DNA of 64,000 nt. It comes from a virus. The translations under genes were made by a program, and so were the position numbers. The notes under the pieces were generated by a model that had not been told where the DNA came from, made no database searches, and worked only from the letters and a program-made list of their open reading frames with translations. Location of the stretch: positions 32,001 through 96,000 of IMG/VR virus record IMGVR_UViG_3300028859_000013; one strand, given 5' to 3'. Shown one piece after another: positions 1 through 10,919 of the stretch (position 1 is its first letter; each line of letters begins with the position of its first letter).

Positions 1-17
1 GAGTTAAATAATAAAAA

Positions 18-896
18 ATGGGAAAAAGATTAACTAATGATATATTTATAGAAAGATCAAATATAATTCATAATAATTTTTATAGTTATCCAAATACTAA
101 TTATATAAATAATGATTGTTATGTGAAAATTGTATGTCCTAAACATGGAGAATTTATTCAAAATGCTAAATCTCATTTGGATGGACATGGATGCTCGGAA
201 TGTGGAAATAATCATTTTACTACAATTAATTATATAGAAAAAGTTAATATTATTCATAATTTTAAATATAAATATGATAAAACTATTTTTATTAATTATA
301 GTAGCGATATTATTATTTATTGTGATAGACATGGATATTTTTCACAAAATACTAAACTACATTTAAATGGCCATGGATGTCCAAAATGTGCAAATAATGT
401 TTATACTAAAAAAGAAATATTAGAAAAAGCTAATAATATACATAATTTTAAATATAAGTATGATGATTTTGAGTTAGATAAAAGAATGAATGAAACTATT
501 TTAACTATTTATTGCAAAAAACATGGTAAATTTAATCAAAGATTGAACAATCATATACATCAAGCTAATGGCTGCCCGCTGTGTAGTGAATCTAAAGGTG
601 AGATTGAAATTGAAAATATATTAATTGATAAATTTATTAAACACGAAAGACAAAAAAAATTTGAAAAATGTAAAAATAATAAAAAATTACCTTTTGATTT
701 TTATCTAATAGATTATAATATATGTATAGAATATGATGGTATACAGCATTATAGTCCAATATATGGAGAAGATAATTTAATTAAAACAAATAAAAATGAT
801 AATATTAAAAATGAATTTTGCTTAAATAATAATATAAGATTAATAAGAATAAAATATGATGAGAATATCATTGAGAAATTAGAATTTCTCAAATAA
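18..896 (+). CDS. Putative homing endonuclease (CxxHG/CxxC zinc repeats plus C-terminal PD-(D/E)xK/Vsr-like nuclease)
   Basis: Three CPKHG..GCxxC repeats; C-terminal LPFDFYL..CIEYDGIQH motif. Confidence 0.75.
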   Translation: MGKRLTNDIFIERSNIIHNNFYSYPNTNYINNDCYVKIVCPKHGEFIQNAKSHLDGHGCSECGNNHFTTINYIEKVNIIHNFKYKYDKTIFINYSSDIIIYCDRHGYFSQNTKLHLNGHGCPKCANNVYTKKEILEKANNIHNFKYKYDDFELDKRMNETILTIYCKKHGKFNQRLNNHIHQANGCPLCSESKGEIEIENILIDKFIKHERQKKFEKCKNNKKLPFDFYLIDYNICIEYDGIQHYSPIYGEDNLIKTNKNDNIKNEFCLNNNIRLIRIKYDENIIEKLEFLK

Positions 897-917
897 AAAT
901 CAATTAATAATTAATAA

Positions 918-1625
918 ATGAAAAATGATGAAGAAATAAATGACGATTTGAATGAAGATTTGGATAACGATTTAGATTTGGAAGAAGATTTAGAAGAAGA
1001 TTTGAATCTATTAGATGAAAATTTAGATGACTCGTCTGAAGAAGATGCATTAGTATCTGATGAATCTATTGATGAAGATGATGAAGATGATGAAGATAAT
1101 GAAATAGATATAATGGTTAAATTCAATACAAATAATCATAAAATTGAAGGTAAACATGCATTATCTAGAGATACAATATTTAAAGGTAAAGTTGAAGATA
1201 ATGTAGATCAGCAAGAATATGATTATAATATTAATCAACAAGAAGATTTTAATTTAAATGATGGATTGCCGATAGAAGCTGGATCATCGTATGAATTTGA
1301 AAGTAAACATTATGAAGATTACGTAGATAGATTAAATTTGCAAAGAGATATTTATGATTTATTAAGTGAGAAAACAGATTTGGATTTTTCTTCAAATAGA
1401 AGAAAACCAAATAAGCAAGCATTTAACGATTATTATAGAATGTTATTAAATAATATTGGAAAAGAATATAGTAAATCTGAAATATTTGTAGAACTTTCTT
1501 ATTATTTCACAGACAACATCTTCAATATGTTTAAATTATTAGATAAAGAATATGCAACACGTATAATAGTAGAATTAAAACAGCGTGGTCATTTAACAAA
1601 TTTAAACAATATAAATTTTATATGA
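918..1625 (+). CDS. Hypothetical phage protein with highly acidic N-terminus
   Basis: 235-aa ORF; first ~65 aa are D/E-rich. Confidence 0.6.
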   Translation: MKNDEEINDDLNEDLDNDLDLEEDLEEDLNLLDENLDDSSEEDALVSDESIDEDDEDDEDNEIDIMVKFNTNNHKIEGKHALSRDTIFKGKVEDNVDQQEYDYNINQQEDFNLNDGLPIEAGSSYEFESKHYEDYVDRLNLQRDIYDLLSEKTDLDFSSNRRKPNKQAFNDYYRMLLNNIGKEYSKSEIFVELSYYFTDNIFNMFKLLDKEYATRIIVELKQRGHLTNLNNINFI

Positions 1626-2491
1626 GCAAAGTAAAAAATGTAGATGATTATATAAAAGAAGTTTCAATAATACATAATTATTATTATGATTATAGTTTAG
1701 TTTTATATATTAATGCTCATACTAAAATAAAAATTATTTGTCCAATACATGGAATATTTGAACAAGAACCTCTTAATCATAAGAGATATGGTTGTAAAAA
1801 ATGTGGTAAATTATTAGATGAAAAAGTTGTATTAAATAGATGTACTAAAATACATGGAGATAGATATGATTATTCTAAATTTAAATATATTGGTATGTAT
1901 AATAATTCTACTATAATATGTAAAATTCATGGTGAATTTGAACAACAAGTGATTAATCATTTAGCAGGTAAAGGTTGTCAAAAATGTGCACCAAATTATA
2001 AAAAAGATAAAAAAACGATTTTAAATAAATTAAATAAAGTTCATAATAATAAATATGATTATTCATTGTCTATTTTTAATAGAACAAAGGATATAATAAA
2101 AATAATATGTCCTTTACATGGAGAATTTGAACAAATATTAAATAATCATTTAAGAGGAAATGGTTGTCCTTTATGTGATGAAAGTAAAGGAGAAAGAGCG
2201 GTAGAAAGTTATCTAATAGAGCATGATATTATTTTTGAAAGACAAAAAAAATTTGAAGGTTGTATGAATAAAAGATTATTATCTTTTGATTTTTATTTAC
2301 CTGATTATAATTTATGTATAGAATTCGATGGTGCTCAGCATTTTATAGAAGTTCTTAATTGGGGTAATCTTGAATATACTAAAGAAAATGATGAAATTAA
2401 AAATATTTTTTGTTTAAATAATAATATTGATTTATATAGAATATCATATAAAGATAATATACTTGGTAGATTAAATGCCAAATTTAAATAA
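1622..2491 (+). CDS. Putative homing endonuclease, paralog of 18..896
   Basis: Same CPxHG repeats, ESKGE linker and FDFYL..CIEFDGxQH nuclease motif. Confidence 0.75.
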   Translation: MSKVKNVDDYIKEVSIIHNYYYDYSLVLYINAHTKIKIICPIHGIFEQEPLNHKRYGCKKCGKLLDEKVVLNRCTKIHGDRYDYSKFKYIGMYNNSTIICKIHGEFEQQVINHLAGKGCQKCAPNYKKDKKTILNKLNKVHNNKYDYSLSIFNRTKDIIKIICPLHGEFEQILNNHLRGNGCPLCDESKGERAVESYLIEHDIIFERQKKFEGCMNKRLLSFDFYLPDYNLCIEFDGAQHFIEVLNWGNLEYTKENDEIKNIFCLNNNIDLYRISYKDNILGRLNAKFK

Positions 2492-2568
2492 TATAAAAAT
2501 ATCAAAAACTAATATAAAAATATCTACTAATATAGTAGATTAATAATTATAAAATAAAATAGAATAGA

Positions 2569-5127
2569 ATGAGTTTTAAAAGAGAAGAAGCGTTTGATGC
2601 AGCATTAAAATATTTCAAAGGAGATACATTAGCTGCTGATGTTTGGGTTAATAAGTATGCATTAAAAGAAACGGTAGATAATGAAACAGTTTATTATGAG
2701 TTGACTCCTGATGATATGCATAGAAGATTAGCTAAAGAAATATATAGAATTGAATTAAAATATGAAAATCCGTTATCAGAAGATTTTATATTTGATTTGA
2801 TAAAAGATTTTAAATATATTATACCTCAGGGCTCTCCAATGTCAGGGATAGGTAATGATAATCAAGTAGTGTCCATATCAAATTGTTTTGTTATTGGTAA
2901 TCCTTCTGATTCTTATGGATCAATTATGCAAGTAGATGAAGAACAAATTCAATTAATGAAAAGGCGTGGAGGAGTTGGACATGATCTTTCACATATTAGG
3001 CCAGCAGGAATGCCTGTTAAAAATTCTGCATTAACTTCAACAGGTTTAGTTCCTTTTATGAGTAGATATTCAAATTCAACAAATGAAGTTGCTCAAGGAG
3101 GAAGAAGGGGTGCGTTGATGTTATCTTGTTCTGTTCTTCATCCTGATTCTGAATCATTTATTGATGCTAAATTAGAGCAAGGAAAAGTAACAGGAGCGAA
3201 TATATCAATAAAATTAACGGATGAATTTATGGAAGCAGCTATGAATTCTGGAATGTTTACTCAATTATATCCAATTGATTCTGAAACTCCATTAATTACA
3301 AAACAAATAGATGCAAATAAACTTTGGAAAAAAATTATACATAATGCATGGAAATCAGCAGAACCTGGTATATTATTTTGGGATACTGTAATGAGAGAAT
3401 CTGTCGCAGATTGCTATCAAGAATATGGATATAAAACTGTATCAACAAACCCTTGTGGAGAGTTGCCATTATGCCCATATGATTCTTGTAGATTATTAGC
3501 AATAAATCTTTATAGTTATGTTATAAATCCTTTTACTAAAGATGCATATTTCGATTGGAAATTATTTAAAGAACATACAATTTATGCTGAAAGATTTATG
3601 GATGATATTGTTGATTTGGAATCTGAAAAAATAGATAAAATTCTAGAAAAAATTGAATCTGATCCAGAAAACGAGAATACAAAAATGGTTGAAAAAGAAA
3701 CATGGGTCAAAATAAAAAATATGACTATTAAAGGGCGTAGAACAGGATTAGGTGTGACTGCTGAAGGTGATATGTTAGCTGCTCTTGGTATGACTTATGG
3801 AACAACAGAAGCAACTGATTTTTCAACAGAAGTTCATAAAAATTTAGCTGTATATGCTTATAAATCATCTGCTATTATGGCAAAAGAAAGAGGAGCATTT
3901 TCTGTTTATAATTATAATAATGAGATAAATAATCCATTTGTTCAGAGATTGAAAGATATTGATCCTGAATTAGATACTATGATGAAAGAATATGGTAGAA
4001 GAAATATAGCATTGTTGACGATTGCGCCTACTGGTAGTGTAAGCATTTTATCTCAAACTACATCAGGTGTTGAACCTGCATATAAAGTATCATATAAGAG
4101 AAGAAGGAAGATAAATCCAAGTGATAAAAATGGTAGAGTAGACTTCATAGATGCAGAAGGACAAAAATGGGAAGAATATTACGTATTTCATAAGAAATTT
4201 GAAGTATGGTTGGAAATAAATGGATATAATGTAGATGAAGTTAAATTAATGAAAGATGTAGATTTAAATCCAATTATTGAAAAATCACCATATTATAAAG
4301 CAACTGCTAATGATGTTAATTGGGTAGAAAAAGTAAAAATGCAAGGTAGTATTCAAAAATTTATTGATCATTCTATTTCAGTAACAGTAAATTTACCAAA
4401 TAATGTAACAGAAGAACTTGTTTCAAAAGTTTATGAAACAGGATGGAAAAGTGGATGTAAAGGAATCACTGTTTATCGTGATGGATCTAGAGAAGGAGTT
4501 ATCATGTCAAATGAAGGTACTACTCAAAATGTTGTATTAGAATCAGGTGAAAATAATGCAAAAAAACGTCCAAAAAAACTTGAATGCGATGTTGTTAGAT
4601 TTACAAATAAAGGTGAGAAATGGATTGGATTTTTAGGATTGAATGTAGATGATAAAGGTGAAAAATATCCTTATGAATTATTTACTGGTTTGGCTGAATC
4701 ATTTCTTATTCCTGTTAGTGTAGAAAAAGGAGAAATTGTTAGATTTAAAACTGAACCAAAAAATGGTGAAGAAGGTAAGAGTAGATATGACTTTGTTTAT
4801 AAAGATAAAGATGGATATAATGTGACTATGGAAGGATTAAATAGAGCTTTTAATAGAGAACTATGGAATACAAGTAAATTATTATCAGCTTTCTTAAGAC
4901 ATAGAATTCACTTACCAAGTGTTATTCACCTTATCGATACTTTACAAATGACAGACAATGCAGCTTTTGGTACATGGAAAAGTGGAGTGAAACGAATTAT
5001 TAAGAAATATATAAATTCTGCTGTGGTTGGAGAAAAATGTCCAAATTGCGGAGCAACTGGAGATGACTTGGTTTATGAGAATGGATGTCGGACATGCAGA
5101 AAATGTGGATATTCGCGCTGTGACTAG
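2569..5127 (+). CDS. nrdJ: Class II (adenosylcobalamin-dependent) ribonucleotide reductase
   Basis: SNCF, GGGVG, TNPCGE, RRTGLG, TIAPTG and ITVYRDG motifs; C-terminal Zn ribbon; no beta-subunit gene adjacent. Confidence 0.92.
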   Translation: MSFKREEAFDAALKYFKGDTLAADVWVNKYALKETVDNETVYYELTPDDMHRRLAKEIYRIELKYENPLSEDFIFDLIKDFKYIIPQGSPMSGIGNDNQVVSISNCFVIGNPSDSYGSIMQVDEEQIQLMKRRGGVGHDLSHIRPAGMPVKNSALTSTGLVPFMSRYSNSTNEVAQGGRRGALMLSCSVLHPDSESFIDAKLEQGKVTGANISIKLTDEFMEAAMNSGMFTQLYPIDSETPLITKQIDANKLWKKIIHNAWKSAEPGILFWDTVMRESVADCYQEYGYKTVSTNPCGELPLCPYDSCRLLAINLYSYVINPFTKDAYFDWKLFKEHTIYAERFMDDIVDLESEKIDKILEKIESDPENENTKMVEKETWVKIKNMTIKGRRTGLGVTAEGDMLAALGMTYGTTEATDFSTEVHKNLAVYAYKSSAIMAKERGAFSVYNYNNEINNPFVQRLKDIDPELDTMMKEYGRRNIALLTIAPTGSVSILSQTTSGVEPAYKVSYKRRRKINPSDKNGRVDFIDAEGQKWEEYYVFHKKFEVWLEINGYNVDEVKLMKDVDLNPIIEKSPYYKATANDVNWVEKVKMQGSIQKFIDHSISVTVNLPNNVTEELVSKVYETGWKSGCKGITVYRDGSREGVIMSNEGTTQNVVLESGENNAKKRPKKLECDVVRFTNKGEKWIGFLGLNVDDKGEKYPYELFTGLAESFLIPVSVEKGEIVRFKTEPKNGEEGKSRYDFVYKDKDGYNVTMEGLNRAFNRELWNTSKLLSAFLRHRIHLPSVIHLIDTLQMTDNAAFGTWKSGVKRIIKKYINSAVVGEKCPNCGATGDDLVYENGCRTCRKCGYSRCD

Positions 5128-5197
5128 TTAATACAATTAATTTAAAATAAATCCACATATTTCACGGTTATGACTACCATAATTTAATATATAGATT

Positions 5198-6229
5198 ATG
5201 GTAAAATATAAAAAATGTGAAATATGTGGATTAACTTTTCCTTATACTACTGGAAAATTTACAATTCATTTAATGGAAGAACACAATATATCTTTAAAAG
5301 ATTATATTATTAAATATGAATTAGATGGTATAACTCCAAAATGTCAATGTGGTTATTGTGATGATGATGCACCTTTTTATAGAGGTACATTTTTGACTAA
5401 AAGTAGTGAACATAAAAAATATAAATCTTTAAAGGAAGGTTATATAAAAAAATATGGTATACCTAAATGTGTAAATTGTGGAGAAGATGTAAAATGGCAT
5501 AGAGGAATACCAAATATTTATTGCTCACCAAGTTGTTTTCCTTGTCAATGGAATCAAGAGAAAGTTAAACAAACTGTTAAAGAAAGATATGGAGTAGATA
5601 ATGTATCATTTTTAGATGAAGTTAAAGAAAAAATATCAAAATCTAAAAATGAAAAAAATGAAAATGAAAAAAATGAAATTTTAAATAAAATTAAAAAAAC
5701 TTGTTTAGAAAGATATGGTACAGTATCTTTTTTTAGTACTAAATTATTTTATGATAAAAATAAAACAACTATGCTTGAAAGATATGAAGTAGATCATCCT
5801 TCTAAAATGATGAAGAATAGGGAGAGTGCAAGTAAGAGAATGATAGAAAATAATTCAAATTTTGATTTGGATTTTAGAAATTGTTATAACATTAAGAGAT
5901 ATAAAGATACTGATTTGTGTTATCAGAGTTCATATGAAGAAGACTTTTTAGATTTATGTGATAAGTATCAAATACTTAATAAAGTTGAAAATGGACATAC
6001 ATATAAGTTTTTAGAAGAAGATTATTCATATGGATTAAGGACAATTACTGATTTTTGTATTGATGATATGGAGATTGAGATTAAATCATCTTATATATTA
6101 GAGAAACAAGGAGGAGAAGAAGTTATTGATATAAAAAGAAAATCTGTTAAAAGAGCAGGTAAATATTATTTATTAATTTTAGATAAAAATTATTCTGAGT
6201 TTAATAAGTATTTCAAAAAATTATTTTAA
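5198..6229 (+). CDS. Putative homing endonuclease (zinc fingers, ERYG repeats, C-terminal PD-(D/E)xK)
   Basis: CxxC motifs, three ERY(G/E) repeats, YQSSYE..DF..EIK; lies directly downstream of nrdJ. Confidence 0.7.
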   Translation: MVKYKKCEICGLTFPYTTGKFTIHLMEEHNISLKDYIIKYELDGITPKCQCGYCDDDAPFYRGTFLTKSSEHKKYKSLKEGYIKKYGIPKCVNCGEDVKWHRGIPNIYCSPSCFPCQWNQEKVKQTVKERYGVDNVSFLDEVKEKISKSKNEKNENEKNEILNKIKKTCLERYGTVSFFSTKLFYDKNKTTMLERYEVDHPSKMMKNRESASKRMIENNSNFDLDFRNCYNIKRYKDTDLCYQSSYEEDFLDLCDKYQILNKVENGHTYKFLEEDYSYGLRTITDFCIDDMEIEIKSSYILEKQGGEEVIDIKRKSVKRAGKYYLLILDKNYSEFNKYFKKLF

Positions 6230-6362
6230 AATATGAGTAATTTAATATTTAATTTGAGGATTTATAAGTATCATTTTCAAATAACAAAGAAATTAAGAAT
6301 GAGTATTTCTTATAATGAAAGTTATGATTTTCATAAAGATCCGTTCATAAGATTATTCAAAT

Positions 6363-6393
6363 AAAAAACTACTAATTTAATTAGTAGTTTTTT
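6363..6393. terminator. Bidirectional intrinsic terminator
   Basis: AAAAAACTACTAAT / ATTAGTAGTTTTTT hairpin between convergent ORFs. Confidence 0.7.
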
Positions 6394-6407
6394 ATTTTGT
6401 GAATTTT

Positions 6408-6635
6408 TTATTCTTCATTATCAATTAACTTACAACCTTCTAAATGACAAAAATCATCTATGTGACAATCATAACAACAAGTTAAATTTGGACAATTACT
6501 TTCCACAATTCTAAACACTTTTTATCCAAGTTCATCGTATAGTTGATTGAATATTTTAGTTAACATTCTTGAATTAGGTTCAGTCAATAATGGACAGTTA
6601 TTGCAATTAGAATCACATACTCTATCATTTTTCAT
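6408..6635 (-). pseudogene. Cys-rich small protein interrupted by one in-frame TAA (not in ORF track)
   Basis: Manual translation MKNDRVCDSNCNNCP...YDELG*KVFRIVESNCPNLTCCYDCHIDDFCHLEGCKLIDNEE; TAA at 6522-6524. Confidence 0.6.
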
Positions 6636-6653
6636 AAATTTTACTTTTTAAAT

Positions 6654-6686
6654 AAAAAAAGTCACTCAATTTGAGTGACTTTTTTT
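6654..6686. terminator. Intrinsic terminator after MoxR gene
   Basis: AAAAAAAGTCACTCA / TGAGTGACTTTTTTT inverted repeat. Confidence 0.75.
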
Positions 6687-6698
6687 ATTAATTATTAA

Positions 6699-7976
6699 TT
6701 ATTTTTTATCATCACTATCATCACTATCATCAACATGTTTGAAGATAGATTCTCTAAATTTATTAAACCTCTTATCTGCTAAGAATTTTTGTGCAGCTTT
6801 ATTTGTTTTAGAGTCTTCAGATAAAGTATATTCTGTATCAAGAACATGAAGTAAATAACCTACAACTTCATCATCTGAAATGGTTCCAAGAAATTTGATA
6901 AGATTTTCAACTTCTTTAGATTTCAATACTGAAACACTACGTTCTTTCATGTTTGCAAGAAGTTCAGATTTTTTATCACGATTGAAGTTTTTGATGTCAT
7001 CAATAATATCATCAAAACGATTAAGAACATCATCAAGAGTTATTTTAAGAGTATCTTCACAATATCTAATGAATTGTACATTTGATGCACCAACATAACC
7101 ATGACCAATTTCTTTAATGTCATTTATCCAAGTACGAATAGATGGGAATTTTTTGACCATTATTGAGTTACCTTTTTCATCTTTTATAGAATTTCCAGAA
7201 ACATCAGTTTTTTCAACAAATCCTCCAAAATTTTCAAAAATATAATCACTTAAAAAAGTCCAAGAACGAGGTGTAGCATATGCTTTATTCGTTTTATTTG
7301 TGATGTTCCTTTGATCAGGTTTTTTATAATAATGTTCAGTTTGATTTTTCAAAAATTGAACAATTATTGGAGCTACATTTTTATTTGCATATTGATCAGC
7401 CCATTCTGTAAATGGTAAAGTATGTTCAATATGAATTAAACGATTATTAAGAGCTTGATCAAATTCTTCTACATCTGTACCATCTTCTTCTCCAAGGTTA
7501 CCAGAAGAACACATAAATACATTTGAATTAAAAGCGAAAAATGAACCAATTTCTCTTTCAAGTAATATTTGAAGAGCAGCATTCCTTACTGCAAGAGTAG
7601 AACGATTTAATTCTTCAAAGTGAATAATGGTCGGACGTTTATTAGCTTCATATGCCCATTTAGGTGCAACGTGAGCTAACATTCGTTGCATTTTACCATC
7701 TACCATTTCTTCATCCAATGATGGGTATAACCCTACATCTGTTTCATCAATCATTGATAACCTGATATCAAAATATTGAAATCCTACTTTATTCGCAATT
7801 GATCTCATAATTGCAGACTTGGCATAACCAGGAGGAGATGTTATAAAAAGAACTCCACTTTTGGAATTCATAATTTTAAAATACCTTTTCTCTCTTTCTG
7901 ATAGAGATTCATACCCTTCTGGAAATCTGTTAGCTGGAGTCAGTGTTACACCTTTACCCATGTTTTTTTCTGTCAT
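6699..7976 (-). CDS. MoxR-family AAA+ ATPase
   Basis: Variant Walker A SPPGYAKS, Walker B IIHFEELNR, sensor SGN, ALNNR Arg finger, TPRSW motif. Confidence 0.85.
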   Translation of the reverse strand: MTEKNMGKGVTLTPANRFPEGYESLSEREKRYFKIMNSKSGVLFITSPPGYAKSAIMRSIANKVGFQYFDIRLSMIDETDVGLYPSLDEEMVDGKMQRMLAHVAPKWAYEANKRPTIIHFEELNRSTLAVRNAALQILLEREIGSFFAFNSNVFMCSSGNLGEEDGTDVEEFDQALNNRLIHIEHTLPFTEWADQYANKNVAPIIVQFLKNQTEHYYKKPDQRNITNKTNKAYATPRSWTFLSDYIFENFGGFVEKTDVSGNSIKDEKGNSIMVKKFPSIRTWINDIKEIGHGYVGASNVQFIRYCEDTLKITLDDVLNRFDDIIDDIKNFNRDKKSELLANMKERSVSVLKSKEVENLIKFLGTISDDEVVGYLLHVLDTEYTLSEDSKTNKAAQKFLADKRFNKFRESIFKHVDDSDDSDDKK

Positions 7977-8042
7977 AATTAATTCAATTTAATTTTAATT
8001 TAATATTTATTATTTAATTGATGTTTTGTTTTTTATACATTA

Positions 8043-8050
8043 CAAAGATA
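8043..8050 (-). promoter_or_regulatory. Bacteroidota-type -7 promoter element (TAnnTTTG)
   Basis: TATCTTTG on the minus strand upstream of MoxR; the same element recurs at 9596, 13173, 13959 (-) and 40974, 52385, 60544 (+). Confidence 0.7.
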
Positions 8051-8208
8051 CTACTTATTTCTGATATAAAAAAATATTTTTGTACTTATTATTAAAGAAT
8101 ATCATCATATTCTTCATTTTTATTTTTATTTTTTTCTATTGTATTATTAATTAAGTTTTTATCATCTTCTGAATTTTTATCATAAAATGTATCAATAGAA
8201 TTTTTTAA

Positions 8209-9267
8209 TTATTCATTTACATTTTCTTCATTTTCTTCATCAGTTAATGTTTTTAAATATTCTTGAGCTTTATCATCTTTTATTTTTTTGAAAATAGGAA
8301 CCAAATAGTCAATGATATATTCAAACCGTTCTGTTTCATTTTTAAATTCCCAATCTTTTACAGATTTTAAATCAACATCATATAATATTGATAATACATC
8401 ATAATCTTGTATAATATCTGGTATAGTATCGCCATATTCAATTTTTACGATATTTTCAGTATCAATTATAGTATCTTTAAATATTAAAGTTGCAGTATAT
8501 GAATAATCATTATTATCTGTTAGATATACATTAATTCTATCTTTCTCCAAGGATAATACTTTAATTATACAAACATAAGGTTTATCATTAATTTTTATCC
8601 ATGTCTCAGGATTAATTAAATTTCCTATTATTTTTTGTAATTCTACCTCAAATGAAAAATCTTGTTTTTCATATTCAATTATACTTTCAAAATACTCTTT
8701 TAAAAGTTTAATTAAGTCATTATCATATGCTAATAATGCATCTTTTCTATCCTTAACATCATTCTCTATTTGCTTAGCATATTTATCCCATAATTCTTTC
8801 TGATGATCTATATGTTCCTTCTTTTTAGCTTCTTCATAAGCTTCAGGATCTTTCTTATATAAAAGAGAATCTTTTACTTCTAATATTCTATACTCATCTT
8901 TTATACTTTCAATAAAATTAGAAAACTCAATATTTTTAATCAATTTATTATTTAATTTACTAGATAATAAATTAACATCAGTTTCTTCTGTGAAATAAAT
9001 AGCAGGTGCAAATTTTTCAATTTTAATTGAACATTGCTCAATTAATTCCTCAACTATTTTCAATGGAGAAAATTCTAATGAATCTGTATTTAATTCTAAC
9101 CCATTTTTAATTAAGTAAATGAGACTACCACTTGGCTCAATCGTAGATATAATATGATAATTATATTCTACATCTTGCGTAAATAATGATAATAAATCTT
9201 GTTTTTTGCCCATTTTATTTTTTGTTTTTAAATAATAATTTTGTATATATTTTGCTAATATATTCAA
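8209..9267 (-). CDS. Hypothetical protein
   Basis: Long ORF, no recognisable motif; true start may be the internal MGKK. Confidence 0.55.
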   Translation of the reverse strand: MNILAKYIQNYYLKTKNKMGKKQDLLSLFTQDVEYNYHIISTIEPSGSLIYLIKNGLELNTDSLEFSPLKIVEELIEQCSIKIEKFAPAIYFTEETDVNLLSSKLNNKLIKNIEFSNFIESIKDEYRILEVKDSLLYKKDPEAYEEAKKKEHIDHQKELWDKYAKQIENDVKDRKDALLAYDNDLIKLLKEYFESIIEYEKQDFSFEVELQKIIGNLINPETWIKINDKPYVCIIKVLSLEKDRINVYLTDNNDYSYTATLIFKDTIIDTENIVKIEYGDTIPDIIQDYDVLSILYDVDLKSVKDWEFKNETERFEYIIDYLVPIFKKIKDDKAQEYLKTLTDEENEENVNE

Positions 9268-9396
9268 TATAATCTTTTCCTGATATAATATATGGAATAG
9301 TTGTGAATATAGCTGATATAAAAAATACTATTAATATAATAAACCATAATACGCTTTCATATAATCTATATGAGTATTTTTTTAATGCTTTCATGT

Positions 9397-9576
9397 TTAA
9401 AATTTTTTGTTTTTTATAGAGTAATAAACAGAATAAGGAAATATTATCAAATTCATTAAAAATGTACGAATTAAATTGCTAAATTTCTTACCCAAATTAC
9501 CCATTTTATACGTTCTGTGTAAACAATAAATAGCCCATATTATAGCTAAAATTAAATATATCAGTATATAAATCAT
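9397..9576 (-). CDS. Small membrane protein
   Basis: Two hydrophobic segments; start placed at ATG 9576 downstream of the TACTTTTG element at 9596-9603. Confidence 0.5.
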   Translation of the reverse strand: MIYILIYLILAIIWAIYCLHRTYKMGNLGKKFSNLIRTFLMNLIIFPYSVYYSIKNKKF

Positions 9577-9700
9577 GTTTATGTTTTTTGTACTACAAAA
9601 GTAATAAAAAAATCTGATATACCATAGTAAAATCAAACTATTTTTTAAAAAAAAGATAAACTTTTATCTTTTTTGATTATATATTATTTATATATAAAAT

Positions 9701-9862
9701 ATGAAAAATATGAAAAAACTAAAAAATATGAAAATTGATGAAAAATTGCATACAGAATTAAAAAAATATGCAACTGAAAATTCATTAAAATTAAATGATT
9801 GGGTTGAAAAAATAATCAAAAAAGAATTCGAAAAAATAAAACAAAATAATAATGATTATTGA
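9701..9862 (+). CDS. Small ribbon-helix-helix-like DNA-binding protein (not in ORF track)
   Basis: MKNMKKLKNMKIDEKLHTELKKYATENSLKLNDWVEKIIKKEFEK; overlaps the start of the HNH gene. Confidence 0.65.
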   Translation: MKNMKKLKNMKIDEKLHTELKKYATENSLKLNDWVEKIIKKEFEKIKQNNNDY

Positions 9863-10886
9863 TAAAGAAGTTATAGTAAAACCTAATAATCACAGTATTA
9901 AACATTATATAGATAAAGGATATGATGCTAAATGTAAATGTGAATTGTTAGTTAAAGTTGAAGATTTAACAACATCATCTAATGTTAGAGTTAATTGTAA
10001 GTGTGAAAACTGTAATGAAATAACTAATATAAAATATCATGATTATAGTATATGTTTATCTAAAAATAATTTTTATGTTTGTAAGAAATGTAAATTTGAA
10101 AAAATTAAAATAACTAATAAAGAAAAATATGGAGATGAAAATTATTCTAATTGTGAGAAAAGAAATAAAACTATGATTGATAAATATGGAAGTTCAATTC
10201 CATTAAAAAATATTAATATAAAAAATAAAAAAGAACAAACTTGTTTAGAAAAATATGGTTTTAAAAATGCATCTGAAAATGATGAAATTAAAAATAAAAT
10301 AAAAAATAGTCATATAATGATATATCAAGATGATGATAATAAAAATAAAATTGTAGATAAAAGGAGAAAAACTTGTATATTAAAATATGGAGTAGATAGT
10401 TTTACTAAAACAGAAGAATATAAACAAAAAAGTGAAAAAACTTGTAGTAATAAATATGGATATCTACACAATGGTTCAGTTCCAGAATTTATTTTAAAAA
10501 GACAAGAAACTCATTTAAAAAATAATGTAGATGATAATAGAACAGATTTCTATTTATATAAAAGAAAAGTGAATAACTATACTAGAATATTTTTAAAAGA
10601 ATTGTTTTATAAATGGAATGGTTTTGATTATTACGATAATGAATATATAAAAAATAATTTAAGTTATGACTCAGGTTGTTCATTATACCCATCAGTTGAT
10701 CATAAGATACCAAAATATTTTGGATTTAAAAATAATATAGATCCTAAAATAATAGGAGATATTAATAATTTGTGCATAACAAAAAGATCAATAAATTCTA
10801 AGAAAAAAGATAAAATTTATGATATAAAATTATTAATTAAAATGAAATTGATAATAATAAGTGATATAATAAAAAAAGAGAGTTAA
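9852..10886 (+). CDS. Putative HNH homing endonuclease with KYG repeats
   Basis: CxCxxC motif, five KYG repeats, SVDHKIP..NL...NSKK HNH-like motif. Confidence 0.7.
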   Translation: MIIDKEVIVKPNNHSIKHYIDKGYDAKCKCELLVKVEDLTTSSNVRVNCKCENCNEITNIKYHDYSICLSKNNFYVCKKCKFEKIKITNKEKYGDENYSNCEKRNKTMIDKYGSSIPLKNINIKNKKEQTCLEKYGFKNASENDEIKNKIKNSHIMIYQDDDNKNKIVDKRRKTCILKYGVDSFTKTEEYKQKSEKTCSNKYGYLHNGSVPEFILKRQETHLKNNVDDNRTDFYLYKRKVNNYTRIFLKELFYKWNGFDYYDNEYIKNNLSYDSGCSLYPSVDHKIPKYFGFKNNIDPKIIGDINNLCITKRSINSKKKDKIYDIKLLIKMKLIIISDIIKKES

Positions 10887-10904
10887 AATAACTCTCTTTT
10901 TTTT
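10871..10904. terminator. Bidirectional intrinsic terminator
   Basis: AAAAAAAGAGAGTTA / TAACTCTCTTTTTTT. Confidence 0.75.
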
Positions 10905-10919
10905 ATTTAAAAATTATTA

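Noticed and set aside
2569-5127. Intein or intron in nrdJ
   Set aside because: The ORF is continuous, of normal length, and has no splice-junction or LAGLIDADG motifs.
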